DNA of 64,000 bases from Geosiphon pyriformis uo1 (lineage: Eukaryota > Fungi > Glomeromycota), in the NCBI GenBank assembly GCA_016748015.1, contig JAAOMT010000590.1, positions 248,001-312,000 of the forward strand, in the 5' to 3' direction. Of the stretch, positions 13,112-27,700 are shown piece by piece. How positions within the stretch are numbered: the stretch's first letter is position 1; every line of letters begins with the position of its first letter. The position numbers and the translations under genes were made by a program. The notes beneath the pieces are model-generated. The model was not told the DNA's origin and did no database searches. It was given only the letters and a program-made list of their open reading frames with translations.

Positions 13112-16100
13112 TTATCCTTTTTTTTTAGAATTAAGCTTTTGAAAATCATATATATCTGTAAAAATTGTTCTTTCAATATAGTATTCAATTATTGTATTGG
13201 ATATTGTTTTTTGTAAGTCTTTAAACTATGTATTTGTTATTTGTTCTATGTTGTTAACTGTAATAGTTTTTAATGCATTATCTAACAATATAACTGAACA
13301 GTGTTTAAAAAACTGCATATAATTAGTAGATTACTTTGTAGTATAATGTTAAGTTGCTTTTTCCTACAAATTTTTTTACTTGTTTAAGAGCTTCTCTATT
13401 AAAGATTTGTTTGTTAAAATCTTCATATAGTGTTCTTAATCCTAGTTGTTCATCAATCTTAAAAAATTAGTAGACTAGTAAAAGTCTTTTTTTCCACTTT
13501 TTAGTGTTTTTTGGTGTCTATTTTTCTATGTTAAATAGTTTGGTCTTCTGAAAAAAACCTAGTTGGATTTTTTCTAGTATTTGAGACCATATACCTCTTT
13601 TTTTTGATTATTTGTAAGGATAAAAATGCTCAGTTTTATTTAAACTTTTATCCATCTCTTTTTTGCACGAATTTTTGTATTATATCTTTTTTTTATCAAT
13701 TATAATTTCTATTGGTATTGTAAATTGTTAAATTGTTTCAAATAATTGTTTTGAAAGTTTTAGAATTTGATTTAAAAGATTTATATTAAGAGTTTTATTA
13801 TATTCTTCTTTGTTGTTTCAGTCTTTATATATACTTAAATTTGTGATTTAATTTATTATTAGTAGATTACATTTTGATGATAATAATTGGTTTTAAATTT
13901 CGTAATATATTTTCTGGTCTGATTAATGGAATTTGTGTTCTTAGTTAAGATATAAATAATAATAATTCTTGATTGGTATGATAAATTTTTAGTCAATTTT
14001 TATGTACTACTTTCTTTATAATTTTGTTTTTTAATTATAATTTATATACTCTATTGTTTAAAATTTTATGTATATAAAATAATTTATTTTATTTTGGATT
14101 AAACTTTCTACTTTACTGTTTTTTAGCTTTAGTATAATATAATAATACTCTGTCTCCAATCTTGAATTTAGCTGGTTGGTCAGATAAACAATTATTATGT
14201 CTCTCTTTTTGTTATTTTTGAGTATTACCAATATTTTTAGCTGCTGTTCTATAATTGTTTTTTAATGTTTCTATTAGTTAATATGTTTTTTGGTATAAGG
14301 TGGCTTTAAAATTCTCTTTAGTTATTTATTCTATTAAAAAAAAAAGTATTTTCATTCAATAAGTAAAATGACTTGTTTTTTATAGATTAGTTTGAAAGAT
14401 ATAAATTAGGTAGTATTTTGCTTTAGTGTTTAATATACAAATAATACAGAAGATATAAATAAAGTTTTATTTTTGTGTATTTTCATAACTTATTTTTGCT
14501 AATGTTTTATATAATATTTGGTTTAATTGTTCTGCCAATCTATTTGTTTATAAGTGATATAATAATGATAATGGTTATTTTATTCTAAATTATTGGCTTA
14601 GTTTGACTAACATATTATTGATAAAATAAGTTTTTTGGTTAGATAATAATTTTTTTAGGCATTTATGTTAGTAAATCAGATCTTAATGCACAAACTTGGC
14701 TACTGTTTTAGCATTGGTTACTAGAATAGTTCTGGCTTTAAGTTATTTGGTAAGATAGTTTATAGTTATAGCAATATAATAATTTCTTTTGGATGTAATT
14801 GAAAAAGAATCAATCAAATTAATCTTAATTCTATTGAATAGATTTTCAACTAGAATAAGTTGAAATGATTTTATAGTTCTGGCTCCTCTTTTCTATTGGC
14901 ATGAATTACAGTTGATAATATATTTAAAGATATTTTTATATATTGTTGGCCAATAGTATAGATTCATTATTTTTTCCAAAATAGCATCTTTATTAAAGTG
15001 TCTTACAATTAGATTAAAATACATATTATGCAAAACAGTTTTTTTTTTACTGTCTTTTATAATTTGTTATAAAGTAGTACAGTTTTAGCATTTTTGATAG
15101 TATAGTTAATTGTTTTAAATAAAGTAATTATGAACTTGTTTTCATATAATACTTTGTTTCTGTTAAGATAAATTTTTTTTTGAACTAAAGTATTAATAAA
15201 TGTTAATGTAATTACTAGTAAGTAGTTGTGTTTATAGTTCTAAAATTAAATTTGTGTTATTTTTAACAAACTGTTGGCATTGGTGTTTTTAGATTTTTTT
15301 TATAATAAACTTTGTATAAAAATTGTTGTAGATAAATACTTTATCATATATATCTTCTTTTTAGTTGTGACTTGTTAAATAACCAAATAAGTTTTTTATA
15401 ATTAGTATATAGATCAAATGATTAATAGAGGTAGTATCTTTAATTTTGTATTGTTCAGTAAATAGTAAAACATTTCAAATCTGTTGTATTGTATATTTTT
15501 TCTATTGCACTAATATTGCGATTAGTGTAGATAATTGAATGTTCTTTATGTTTAATTTAATTTGTAATAAAACAGTTTTTAGTGCATTTTTTAAGGTATT
15601 AGAAATAACAATAAAATGTTTATTAAAGTCTGGATAAATTAATATTAAAGCTTTAATCAGTCATTGTTTAAGATATTTGAAAGTCTTTTTCTGTTCTTCT
15701 TTTTATAAATACAAAACATGTTTTGACAACAGGTAATGAAGTGGTTTAGTAATATTAAAAAAGCTTTTGACAAATTTGCAATAGTATTAGCCAGTTCTAA
15801 AAATCCTCTTAGTTCTTGTAGATTGGTTAGGAGTGAAAAATTTTTGTCTTTTTAGACTTTGTTTAGATTAGGCTTTATTCTATTTTTGCCTATTTTATGT
15901 TTCAGAAATTTTAGTTTGGTCTTTTTAAAGAAGTATTTGTCTGAGTTAAATTTGAATTCAGTGGTTTAAAGGTAATTAAAAACTTGTTAAAAGTAGAGCA
16001 AATGGTTATTAAATGTTTTAAAAAATACATTAATATTGTTCAAGTATACTATAACTAATTTCAGAAAATTTTTTTATATATAACATTCATAAGATGCTAA

Positions 16101-19100
16101 AAAAAAGTAAGAGTATTATAGAGTTCAAAAAACATTACATTAAATTTGAAATTTTTGTTTCATATAATAAATACTATTTTTTTTTGTTTTTAGAGTCTAT
16201 TTCGACTTGTCAATATCTACTGGCTAAGTCCAATAATAAAAATTATTTCTTATTTTCTAAATTATTTAAGATTTTTTGAATAAAAAAGATTGAATAATTA
16301 TCTTCTCAAGTAATATTGTTAAGCTTTTAGTAGTTTATGTAGAATCATATTTTTTTATTTTTCTTGGTAACCAATATAACTAAAAAAGACCAAAGACTTA
16401 ACAATTTTTTGATCAATCTGTTATTTAGTATTTATTGTACCTCCTGTTTAATCAAGTTGTTGCTAACAAAAGTTACTTGGTAGATCTATTGTTTAATAAA
16501 TTGGGCATCTTTTATATTGATTTGGTGTTTTACAATATCAGTGTGTTTGAATTCATTTTTGTTGACAAAAACATTAACATATTGGTTTAAAAAAACTTTA
16601 AGTTGTATCTGTTGTAGTGTATTTAAGTTTCTTAGATTTAGTTTGGCAATTTCTTTTAATATAAACAGATAACTTTTTTTTGGCAAGTTCTATATTTGTA
16701 AGATAGTATCACAAAATAAGAACAATTATGTAAAGTTTAAAATAGGCTGAGATCTCTTAAAATTTTGAATATAGAGAAATAGAGCCAACAAAAATCTCTT
16801 TAAGAATCTTGATAACATTTTTAGTAAAATTATAGATAGAGATTTTGAAATATTTGTAAGCTTTAACAGGTATATATAGATTAACAATATTGACTAAAAA
16901 ACAGATTTTCAGATTAGCTTTGAATAATAAGACTTGATTCTGAATTTTTTGATCCACTTTTAAAATATATTGTTAATATAGAAGAATAAAAATAATTGTA
17001 TTAGTGTAGATAAATTCTATCTTATTACTGTTTTTTTCTATAAAATTAACTGGTATATTTTCTTTTCTATTTGATCTAAACTTGTTAATTTCTTGTGTAA
17101 TAAGACTTAATTCTTTGTGTGTGGTAACTAAAATTAATTGTAATATTTTTACAAAAAATAAAAAGATAACTTGAACAATTTTTTTTTGTAATTCAATTGT
17201 ATATAGTTTATTGGAATTATTTTGTAGTATTACAATAATGTTCTCAGTGTATCTAGCATTGATAATTTTTTTTTTATGTTAATTTTTTTTTTGTAAGACT
17301 AAACTGGAAAACAACTTGAACCATAATAATAATAATAGAAATTTCTAAAGCTATTTTGAGATTTATTTTTACAAGAAAGTATAGAAATATAACTACAAAG
17401 ATTGTTCAGAGTATTTTAAATTGAATTTAGCATTGTTTTTATGTGCTTTTTTAAAGCATATTTTTTATTGATATTATTATACTATTTTAATTCTAACTCT
17501 TTAAAAAGATTAGAGTAAGTAAGATACTATTTTATTTTAGTAGTCTTATTTGGCTCTTAAAATAACATGTTTTTAATAGCAAACTCATATTCTTTCTCAG
17601 ATTTTGGTAGTTTAATAATAAGATATAGTGTTCTTGGAAATAGATTAAACAAATAATCACATTTGTTACAGTACTAAAAATGACAAAAAATCAATCAATA
17701 ATTGTACAGTTTTATATTGAAGTCTGCTAATCTCTGTTTTTGTTTTTTTTTGGGTAAAGACCAGTTTTTAGTACTGGTCTTGGAATGCTTTAGAGTCATT
17801 TATAAATAGGTTGTCTATTTTTTTGATAGTTACTAAAGCATTTTTTATGATATATATTTTATTAATTATGATGTCTTCCTATTTAGCTATAGTTATTTTC
17901 CAAATTTTCTCTTCATTATAAAGATATAAATCCAGTCAGTTTATTGTTTAACTATAGGCCACAGTAAATGGAGTTTCTTTTCGAATTCAGTTATTGATTA
18001 GAATAATGTACTAACAGAATTTGTCAATGTTTCTTCTTTGCCAAAGACATTATTCCATAATTCTTTATCTAATAAAATTTTGTCACATGTAAAGCATAGC
18101 ATATTGTCTTATTTGTCTTGCCATTTTAGTTATTCAAATTATTTTAATATATAAGATCAGCAATAGTATTTGGTGACAGTTGGTCATACTTTATTATTTC
18201 TAATATAAATACCTATTAAAAATAACTTTTTTTTACAATTGATGCAGATTAATTTTGGGAGTTAATAAGATTGATTTTTTTGATTTGGAATTAGATAGAT
18301 TAATGGTGCTGCTATGAATTTTTTGTCAATTCTTTTTTTACTTTTTTTTTTTTATATGAAAAGTAATAGTAGCTTTGTTTTGTAATTGTTAGCTTAAAAA
18401 ACTTAATAAGTTTTTAAAATTGGCTAAAGGATAGATTTTTTGAATTTGATTAGAGATTGTTCCAGAGTTACTATTTTGAAGTGTCTATACATAATAGGTA
18501 TTTTAGTATGTTGTCTGTTAAAAATGATCTGGAGTTTTTTGGTGTTCTAATCAAACATAATATGGACTTTAGTTAACCAATTGTTTCCTATAAGAACTTA
18601 ATACTAAATGGCTTTTATAATGAGTACTTTAATTAAGATACCAATTTTATGAATTTTGAAGAGGAAATTGTCAATCTCTTTTATTGCTGTTTTAGTAATT
18701 CTATTTATGATAATTATTCTAATAGTGGCTGTATAATTTACTCGATAATATAGTTAATCCATAAATTGTTTTGTAATTATGCTGCCTATAGATCTACTGT
18801 TAAATATTAACTTAATATTTAATTGTTCTACTCTGGTATCAGTATATATTGCCATAATTGGCTTATTCTAATTAATAACAACTCTACTAAAAAGATCAGT
18901 AATGTTCAGATTATCAACATTAAACAAAAATATAGTAGTAAAGGTATTATTTTCAATAATTGTGGCAGATGAAATTGTATTAGTAGACAAATTTGTGTTC
19001 TGAGTAGAAGAATTAATAATTTTAACTATATTTTTCTCTTCTAAAAATATAATATTATTAAAATTCAGAGTTTTTGTAAAACCAAGATAGGAGATTTAGT

Positions 19101-20720
19101 TTAAATATCCAGTTTATGTTGTTTGAAATAATATGTTGTTATAATCTACTGGTTGAAATAGTCTGCTAATAAGTTGTATCTAATTTCTACTAATGTTTTG
19201 CCATCTTTAATTATAGTTAATTGCTTGAAGTCTGAAATAGTTATATATAAAAACTTAGTACTAAGGCATTATTTGTATTATTGTTTATAATTGCTAATAG
19301 TAATTCTAGGGTAATTGATATGAGTACTATAATAGTTGATATTGAGGTATTAAATATTAGAGTCTTATAAGATAAAGATATTTTGGATGTTATTAATATT
19401 GGTTTTTTCAGTTTTGGTTTGCCAATTTCTTTCAGTAATTTTTGGCAATGTGTTTGGGTTTTTAACAATAGTAATAATTACAGAGATTTGATTTCCAGAG
19501 TTGTTGTTGTTGTTGTTGTTGTTAATTTTACTACTGCTGGTATTTATTAATGTTGTTTTTCTGTTGTGGTTGCTAATAAGTTTCTGTAGTTTTAGTTAAG
19601 AATTTCTTAATTTTTTGAGTTAAATTTTCACTTAATTGGGTAAGTTTTATGTTGATATTAAAGATTCTATTTATAGCCAAATCAATAACTTGAATATAAT
19701 TGGCTTTTTGTTTTGTTAATTTAATATTATAAACAAGAATAACTGCTTTTTGCAAGTTAATCAAATGATTGGGTCTTATAAATTGTAAAATGTTGTTCCT
19801 TAATCTCTTAATGAATTGATTGAAAATTTGTTCTGTGGTATAATAGTCTTATTTAATTACTTATATCTGTTGAAAATTTGATTAAATCTTTCAAAATAAG
19901 TAATTATTGTTTTATAATTTTTTTGTTTTATTATGTTGAACTAATTTTGTAGCTTAATAAGTGTATTAAGATTGCAGAAATACTGTAAAAAAACAAGTTT
20001 ATAAGCAGCAAAGTCAGTTGGTTTTTTTTTAAGACTTTGGTATCATAAATCTACAGTTTTTGTCAAAAAAATAGCAGCATTTAAATTGTTTTAGTATCAT
20101 TTCAATTGTTAGCATTAATTGTTTTTTTAGCTTCTATAATTCAAATGTATGTATTGTTTTTTTCACCAGAGAATTTTTCTAGTATAATAATATCTCAGTA
20201 AGCCATAATTTAAATAACAGAAGATAGTTTATTTGTTGATGATAAAAAAATTGACAGAAGTGTACTTGATTGTTTTGTTGTGACTAATATTGATTGTTTT
20301 TTTTGTTGGTTAGACCAATAGGCTGCAAAATGACTATTCTTCCTAAAAAGCTAATTGCTAATTCAGTTAGGAACAATGCTAATAATAGTGCCTAAGATAA
20401 TGTGTTTTTGTTAAGTTTACTAGCTACTAAGATAAAATTTTTAAACAACAATCCATATTTTTTCAGAGATTTGGTTTAAAAATTGTTATTATAGTTTTAA
20501 AAGTACAGAGTTTTGGGAGTTCTTAGAATTTTTAATTGTGTTTTTATAAATTGGTTAAATAAAATTCTACTTCCCAATGTCTAATAATATAAGAGAGTAA
20601 TTGATAAAAAAAATTTTGATTTTTTGATAACTGTAGATTGAACTTTTTTTTATATAAATATTATATTATTGGATTTGAACTTGAATTCTTTAAAGTTGGA
20701 TTTGAATCATCTTCTTCTCT
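12080..20720 (-). mobile_element. Highly degenerate Ty3/gypsy element G2 (dUTPase-bearing, related to G1); 3' LTR present, 5' LTR missing
   Basis: 3' LTR 12080-13111 (TGTTATA.../...GTAATA) and PPT 13112-13126. Extra 3' region ~13130-13860, integrase ~14.35-15.05 kb, RNase H ~15.35-15.7 kb, RT ~15.8-16.5 kb, dUTPase ~17.05-17.47 kb, protease ~18.55-18.9 kb, Gag ~19.4-20.25 kb (ORFs 16486-16686, 16757-16957 and 19573-19764 are homologous to G1). Confidence 0.88.
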
Positions 20721-20729
20721 GGTTTTTGG

Positions 20730-22270
20730 TATTGCCACTGGTGATGCTTAGAAAACTATTGCTAGTTGTCAAAGATTTACTGAGTAGATGGTCTCTATTC
20801 TGGTATCTGGTGCTACTTTTAAGATCAGTGTCAAAAAACAATATAAAGCTCTTTTATATAAAGTTTGCTTCTTAAGTGTCTTTAGAAACTGTATTTTTGG
20901 TTAAGCTTACAAGTTTTGTTTGGTTGGCCACTTTCAAAATTGCCAAGTCTTTGGTAGTTTCTGAGTCTGGTTCCTTTTTTGCACTGTTGTGCTACATAAT
21001 GTGTCTTTGGATGTATCTGTTGCTAACATTAAGACAGCTTTCAGTGTGTTTGGTAGTGTTACTTGTGTTGTGCTAAAGCCTGTTGGTATTTGACAATATG
21101 TGGTTATTTATTTTGAAAAGTTAGACTCTGCTGTGTCTGCTTTAAGTTATTGGTTAGTTTTGGTGGGCAAAAATAGTGTTAGAATCCTTTTTTTAGTGAA
21201 TTAGAATAAAACTATTCTGTTTTGTAATAGATTTAAGGCCAAGTTGGTCAATTTTTTTTTTGGCTACACAGCTTTTAAAATTAATAATATGGTTTTTTAA
21301 GTTGGTAATTTGACATGTTTCATTCCTCATTCTCTTAAGTTTGGTTATCATTTCTGGTTTGTTCTGGTTATATTTGGTTTTTAAGTTGATTTAAATGCTG
21401 TAGTACTCAAGACTAATATGCTAAGGAAGTATTGTATCTGGTGAGAAACTCTTAAAAATTGGCACTGTTTTTGGTGTTAAGATTCAGATTATCTAGCTTT
21501 GAATTGTAAGATGTCTATATCTCTCCTTCCTAGAATTCTCAAGGTGTTCACCTCTTAAGTTGTTGGCAATATATCATATGTCAAAACTGCTGCCTTTGTG
21601 TTTTCTTTGGTCTCTGGTTTTGTAGTTAATTTAGTTTTTTCTGCTGGTATAATATTTGATGGCTCTATGATTTCTTCTTGGTTGATTTTTTTAAAATTAG
21701 AATTAGTCAAGCTTTCTGCTTTGGTCAATTTTATTGTTAAGTTTGTTGGTTTTATGATAAAAGTATTTAAACAATTTGTTAATAATAACTTGGTTTTTAG
21801 TAGTGCTCTTGGTCTCAAGATTAATAAAGTTTTAGTGCATATGAGTTTTTTTAGCAAAGCTATTGATAAGCTAGAATATAAGATGGTTGCTTTGAAAGCT
21901 AAATGTAGTTATAATGATATTAATATGTCTGGTCTTCATATAAGTTTTTTTTTTAATAATAATATGTTTTCTAATTTGATATCACTTTGGAAACATAAAT
22001 CTGCTGTTGTTAAATTTGATGTCTTTAAAACAGCTAAATAGTTGGTTAAATTAATTAATAATAGTATTATATTATTTAAAATTGTTCAAAGAATGTTTTT
22101 TTTGGATAAGTTTTCTTCTAATGTTTCAATATAATATAGTCTAAACTGGTTCGAGTAACTGGTTACATGTAGAAAACACATGAACTATATCTAGCACTAA
22201 AACACTTAGTTTGTTCTTAATTTCTAATTAGTAATTAGATTATACTTGTTAAATTCATAATAAAAAAAAC
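20730..22270 (+). mobile_element. ORF1-only non-LTR element (HAL1-like): degenerate ORF1 directly followed by a LINE 3' UTR and poly(A)
   Basis: Translates to RRM-like segments (VVLHNVSLDVSVANIKTAFSVFGSV...WLVLVGKNSVRI), a knuckle remnant (CFWC*DSDYLALNC) and a coiled-coil-like region (ORF 21598-22041). Ends ~22133 and is followed at once by the LINE 3' UTR motif (22140-22270) and an A-tail, with no EN/RT. Confidence 0.75.
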
Positions 22271-22309
22271 AAACAAACATAATGTTTTTAGAATTTTAAT
22301 AAGAAATTA

Positions 22310-22773
22310 GACTAATTATTCTTAATTATTGTGTTTAACAAAATATTAATTTCTTTTTTTTCATTTTTTTTCATTTTTTTTTTCTTTTGAAAAGTGACAA
22401 CATTGGAAATTAACTGTCTTAGAATTAGATTTCATAATATCTTAGTAAAAACAAAAGCTTTCTTTAGAATTAGTTATTAATTTTATTTTGTTAGCTTACC
22501 AAAAAAATAAAAAAACAATGTTAAACTTTAATAATTATGATTAATTAATATAAAATAAACCACAAATATATTGATACAGTTACAGAAACAATATTTTTGT
22601 GTCTTATAACCAAAAAATTTAACAAGTAAAACTTCAAACAATAAAATCTTCAGAAACTAATAAATTAATTCACAACTAAAAGCAATTTATCCAAATATCT
22701 TTAAGCTTTTACTAATAAAATCATAAACATTAAAATATTATAATACTATTTATTAAGTTTACCTATAATAACA
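22310..22773 (+). repeat. Relic LTR fragment of the G2 family
   Basis: Colinear with the reverse complement of ~12080-12520 (e.g. aaaagctttc..., atttttgtgtcttataacc, atctttaagctttt). Ends TAATAACA at 22773. Confidence 0.65.
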
Positions 22774-23249
22774 TAAATTATGTCTAGTTGTAAATACTTA
22801 ATTTGTTTATATATACTAGATTATAATTGGATCATACTCAATAAATGTTTAATAAAAAAAAATTTGGTTTAATTAATTAATATATTTTAAAAAAAAAATT
22901 TTATTAAGCAAATTTCACTTAAAATCATGAATTTTGTTAATTTTTAACTTTTTTCAAAATTTAATATTTTGAAAATTTTTGCAAATTATACAAATATCGA
23001 CTAATACAATTGACTAATAATTACTAACTGATTAATTAATTAAAATAAACAATAAAATAATGAATATTTCAAATATAAAATTATAAAGTAATAATTGACC
23101 TGGGTAAAATTAGATTATAGGCAAATTTAATTTTTAATTTATAATAGTATTTTATGTGATGACCGCTAAATGATAGCGTCACGGGCAGTGCAAAATCATT
23201 GTCAACTTTTTGATCATACCTAATCTGCTTTTTGCAAAAGTCAATTATC

Positions 23250-24285
23250 ATGAAAGCCTCCAGATCAATAAATGACAATTCTAAACCAATTTATGATTTT
23301 GGCAAATTGATAGATTCCTTCGATTTCGCCGCTAAAAAACATTCTTTTCAACGCCGCAAAGATCCGCAACAATCGCGTAAGTAATAAATTGTGTTGTAAA
23401 GGTCAGGGGGGACATAATAATTATTAAACCTTTTTTTATAAATGCTACACATGTTCTATAAGCCTATATAAATCACCCCATCGGTGTAGCTAAAAATTTG
23501 ACCGATGCTGGGATATATGATCTCGCTACTCTTCAAGCAGCAATATTGGTAAATGTTCCGTAATTGGTTTATTTATAAGTTGAGCTCAAATTTATTCATT
23601 GATTGTTAAAGCATGACACAGTAGAGGATACAGATACAACATTGGAAGAGGTAAATGGATCTCAGAACAATCTGGTCACGATTTGTCATCTATTAAAATT
23701 CCCTAAATATCTAACAGATTGACCAGTATTTTGGAAAAGTTGTAAGGAACATAGTAGAGGAATGTACTGATAACAAAGATTTACCTAAAGACGAGCGCAA
23801 GCGGTTACAGATTGAGAATACACCATTCAAATCTGATAAGGTAGGATATTTGAAAGAATCAACAATATATTTCCATTCGAAGAAACCTATTCCTACTCTT
23901 GGTTTTAGGCAAAAGCTGTCAAACTAGCAGACAAATTATATAATTTGCGTGATCTACAACGTGCTGTTCCTATTGGATGGTCTTTTCAACGTGTTCAAGG
24001 TGAATACAATCCTTTATAGTAACATCTGTCATTCATTTTGTGCCCGCTAAATTGAACGATTTATAGAATATTTTATATGGGCTAAAAGAGTAACGGATGG
24101 TAGGTGATCCAGGACAATCTGAAATTTCAGTTATTTTCAAGCCTTATCGAGAATACACATCATTTTGGTACAAAATATGATTAGGGGCAAAAGGTGTTAA
24201 CCAAACACTTGAATCTCAACTCGAAAATCTTTATGAAAATGCCACTTTTGAGTTCGAAGGAAAAACTTTCAAGTGTCATCCTTGA
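23250..24285 (+). CDS. HDDC3: MESH1/HDDC3-family HD-domain hydrolase ((p)ppGpp 3'-pyrophosphohydrolase / NADPH phosphatase-like), 7 exons
   Basis: Manual splicing with GT-AG introns gives MKASRS...[29 protein letters not shown]...[16 protein letters not shown]...[21 protein letters not shown]...[16 protein letters not shown]...PIGWS...EYFIWAKRV...CHP*. These are diagnostic Mesh1 motifs. The ORF track misses the gene because its exons are short. Confidence 0.93.
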
Positions 24286-24712
24286 TCCTGAGTTAAAACT
24301 TGCTTTTTGTTATTACTGGAGCTCATAAAATTTTTCAGGCAATATTCGGATGAGAATGGTCAGTTATCGTACGCTTTTTAAAGAAATGCAATATCTATAT
24401 CGGAATCTGCCCAAGACGGAAATATTTTTGATGATCAATATGTTATTAGTGTTCAGAATCGATCTTCTAACGCTAAATTAAATTATTTAATCGTTTGGCA
24501 GATAATTTATCAAAATGTTCAAAGAGGAGAGAGATTGGAATCACCCTTTACAATAAATAGTTCTTAATTTTTTACGCCTCAAAGGAGGGGATGAATACTA
24601 AGAATTTTCTTGCTAAAAAAATGTGATAGGGATAGGAAAATAAAAACGAATTCAAAGGTAATATTTAATGATCAAATAGTGACTTTGAACTCGGGTTTTT
24701 AAACAGTCAGGT

Positions 24713-27700
24713 TTATCGAGCTGCACGTCCAAGAACTTCCAGTATCAATCTTCGCGCATCTTGGATCCCATCAACAGGCCCCGTGACAACCACCACCTCA
24801 TCGTCTTGACCCTTAGGTACATCGATTTTACAGCCACTGTCGACACGAATCCTTTGAATAGTCGCACCTCCACGTCCAATTATATGACGATGAAGATATT
24901 GAGGGACGGTGATGTAAGCTGTGTGAGTATAGGTATGCTATATATCAGAAAAATAAATTTAAGCAATTCATTATACAGAATGGGATGATCAAAAAATTTA
25001 ACATTAATTCATAATATTCTCACCGCCTCATTTAATAAATCCTGAATATATTTTTCGGCGCGTTCGACCTGTTTCTTATCACCTGTCAAATTCCAAGGGA
25101 GTTCACCTTCTTCCTCCTCATGATCATTCTCCAAAACTTCGCAGTCAAGGTCGCCCGCATAATCTTTAGCTGATAATTTCTCTTCGTCATCATCAATACG
25201 TTTTGCATTACCATTAATTTTCTTTCTTGATGGTTTAATTTCTGGCGGGACTTCTCCCCCATGATCAACTAGCACACCATAGTCTAGACGAAGTTTGCGA
25301 ATTGTAGCACCATTTGCCGAGATTGTGCAGTGATACTTTCGTGGTACGCTAATCGTATGAATATGTCGAATTTTCGACTAAATTGTCAATGTAATTGATG
25401 TTTGGTTTAAGCAAATGCTTTAATAATTAATCAAAAACATTTCAATCATGAGAAATCATATCCTACCAAAATATCAGCCTTAGCAGCTTCAATATCCTCT
25501 TTTTTACCGATGACTTTAACAGCTTCTTCACTACTAATTATTTCCTCGGTTAATGTACTCGAAAGCTGTGTGTCATTATAAGCACGTGAGCCGGGAAACT
25601 GAATTGTAACGTTAAATCGATGTTGTATATCCCTGAGAGAACTACCATTACGCCCAATAATTAGAGGATGCTGCGTTCGGGGTATCTGAATGACGTCAAC
25701 TATGAGATTGTTCTAATTGTAAGATTGCGAAAATTAATGTTCATCATTACATTTTACAGATTTCATTTTTTGGATAAAATTCTAGCGATTTAAAATTCAA
25801 AATACCTGCTCTTCAACTAAACTCTCCAACTCAGCTTTCACTTTCTCAACTAGCGTTTTATCGCCCTTGAGGATAACCTCATCACTATTAACACCATGCC
25901 TTGGGAATTTAACAATGCCAGCCTGCAAGTTCTTTTCTTCAGGTCCCCCTGCTTTAGCTACAATATCACGGATACGACTTCCACCGGGACCAATTAAGTA
26001 TTTGTGATGCTGTGGATCTATATTCATAGTGATTGTAGTCTGATTTTCAAGTTCTCGGACAATTTGTAGTATTGCCTCTTGTGCCTTAACAATATCTGAT
26101 TTTGTGCCATGGATCATGACATTTACCATAGTTTCATCAGGATTGTTTTGTGGGGAGCCTGGAGGTCCAATGTCAATGCGTGTAAAAGTATCATCTTTAA
26201 TTTCGGTAATCTTTGCACCTCCTCGACCTACCACATGAGGAAGACACACAGCAGGGATTGTAAAATTAAGAGAATTATCATGGTCTTTTTCCCATTCTAA
26301 CAATTCCATCATTTCCGCTTTGGCATCGGCAACTCCTCTTTTGCCACCCTTTATGATGACTTCGTCAGATTTTTGTGCATCGCCATCTTCCTCCGTTTCC
26401 TCGTATCCTTCTTTGTGATTATTTTTAGGAAACCGAATGTGAACACCATATTTTTCTTCCAGACGTTTGACATATCGACCTCCAACCCCAATCAATGATT
26501 TATGGTATTCGGCAGGTATGCTGAGGTGAAGTATCGTAGCATCCTGTAATTTGTCAACTAAGTCCAAGATCTTGGCTTTTGCTTCTTCAACATTATCTTT
26601 CATCCCTTGAATTATGACATTAACATTTTCACCAGGATTCGTTTTCTTCTCTTCCCCTTTTGCACCACCTTCTATCTCAATTTTAACATTTAAATTCTCC
26701 TTTAAACGAGTAACATGCGCACCGCCTTTCCCAATTACATGTGCAGAATATTGCGCCGGAAAGGTAAATTCAATTGTGTATGAATTCATAATCTACATTT
26801 TAATAAATAGTTATTTTTAGAAAATATGTTAAGCGGTGAAGAATTCAATTTTATGTACTAACCTCGATATGTTTGGCATCATCGACCACCTTATTGATTT
26901 CACTTACTACTCTGTTAACTTCATCTGTTGGGCCTTTAATGACAACAATATCGTCCGAAACTGGGATCGAGAATACTTTTTTACCTTCGGCGTTGGCTGA
27001 GCGTTCAGCAGCACCTGTTCGAGAGGAACCAAATTTTACAGACACAGGTGCATCAGAACCTCCAGTGATGTTGTTCAGAGTTATCCCTCGAGGCCCAATT
27101 ATGTGACGATGGAATCTTACAGGAATTGTGAGAGTTTGAGTAGCAAAATCGGACTGAAATTATGAAGATTTAAAGAAAAAATGAATATCAAACCTGTTAT
27201 GCGAACCTTTTAAAATGAATTTTTATAAGAAAATCTGTTTAAATAAAAACTTACAGCGTCCTGCCCTGCCTTGATTAATTCTTGCCTGGCTTTTTCCAAA
27301 ACCTCTTTCACATAAGCTTCTTTTTTTTTCTTTTCGGTGGGAATCTCTTCGCCGTCCTTTCCTTCAAAAACAATCAAAATGTCTGGACTCTCATCTTTTT
27401 CGTCTGGAACAATTATTTCCACACCATATGTATCTTTGACGCGTTGAAGATTTTGGCCTTTGCGCCCAATAATATGACGGTGAAGGGAGGGTTCAATGGA
27501 AGCAATGGAGAAACTGCTTGGGGGCTATAATGAGTTATAGTTCAGAAAATTCATAGTTATTACAATAATTTGGAGAATAAACAAGGTTTAAGTATTCGAT
27601 ATTAAGCGATACCAGTAATCCCAAACTCAGAAATACTTCTATAATAACTCCCACCTTCTTTGCCACAACTGATTGAATGACAGAGATTCGATCATCGTCT

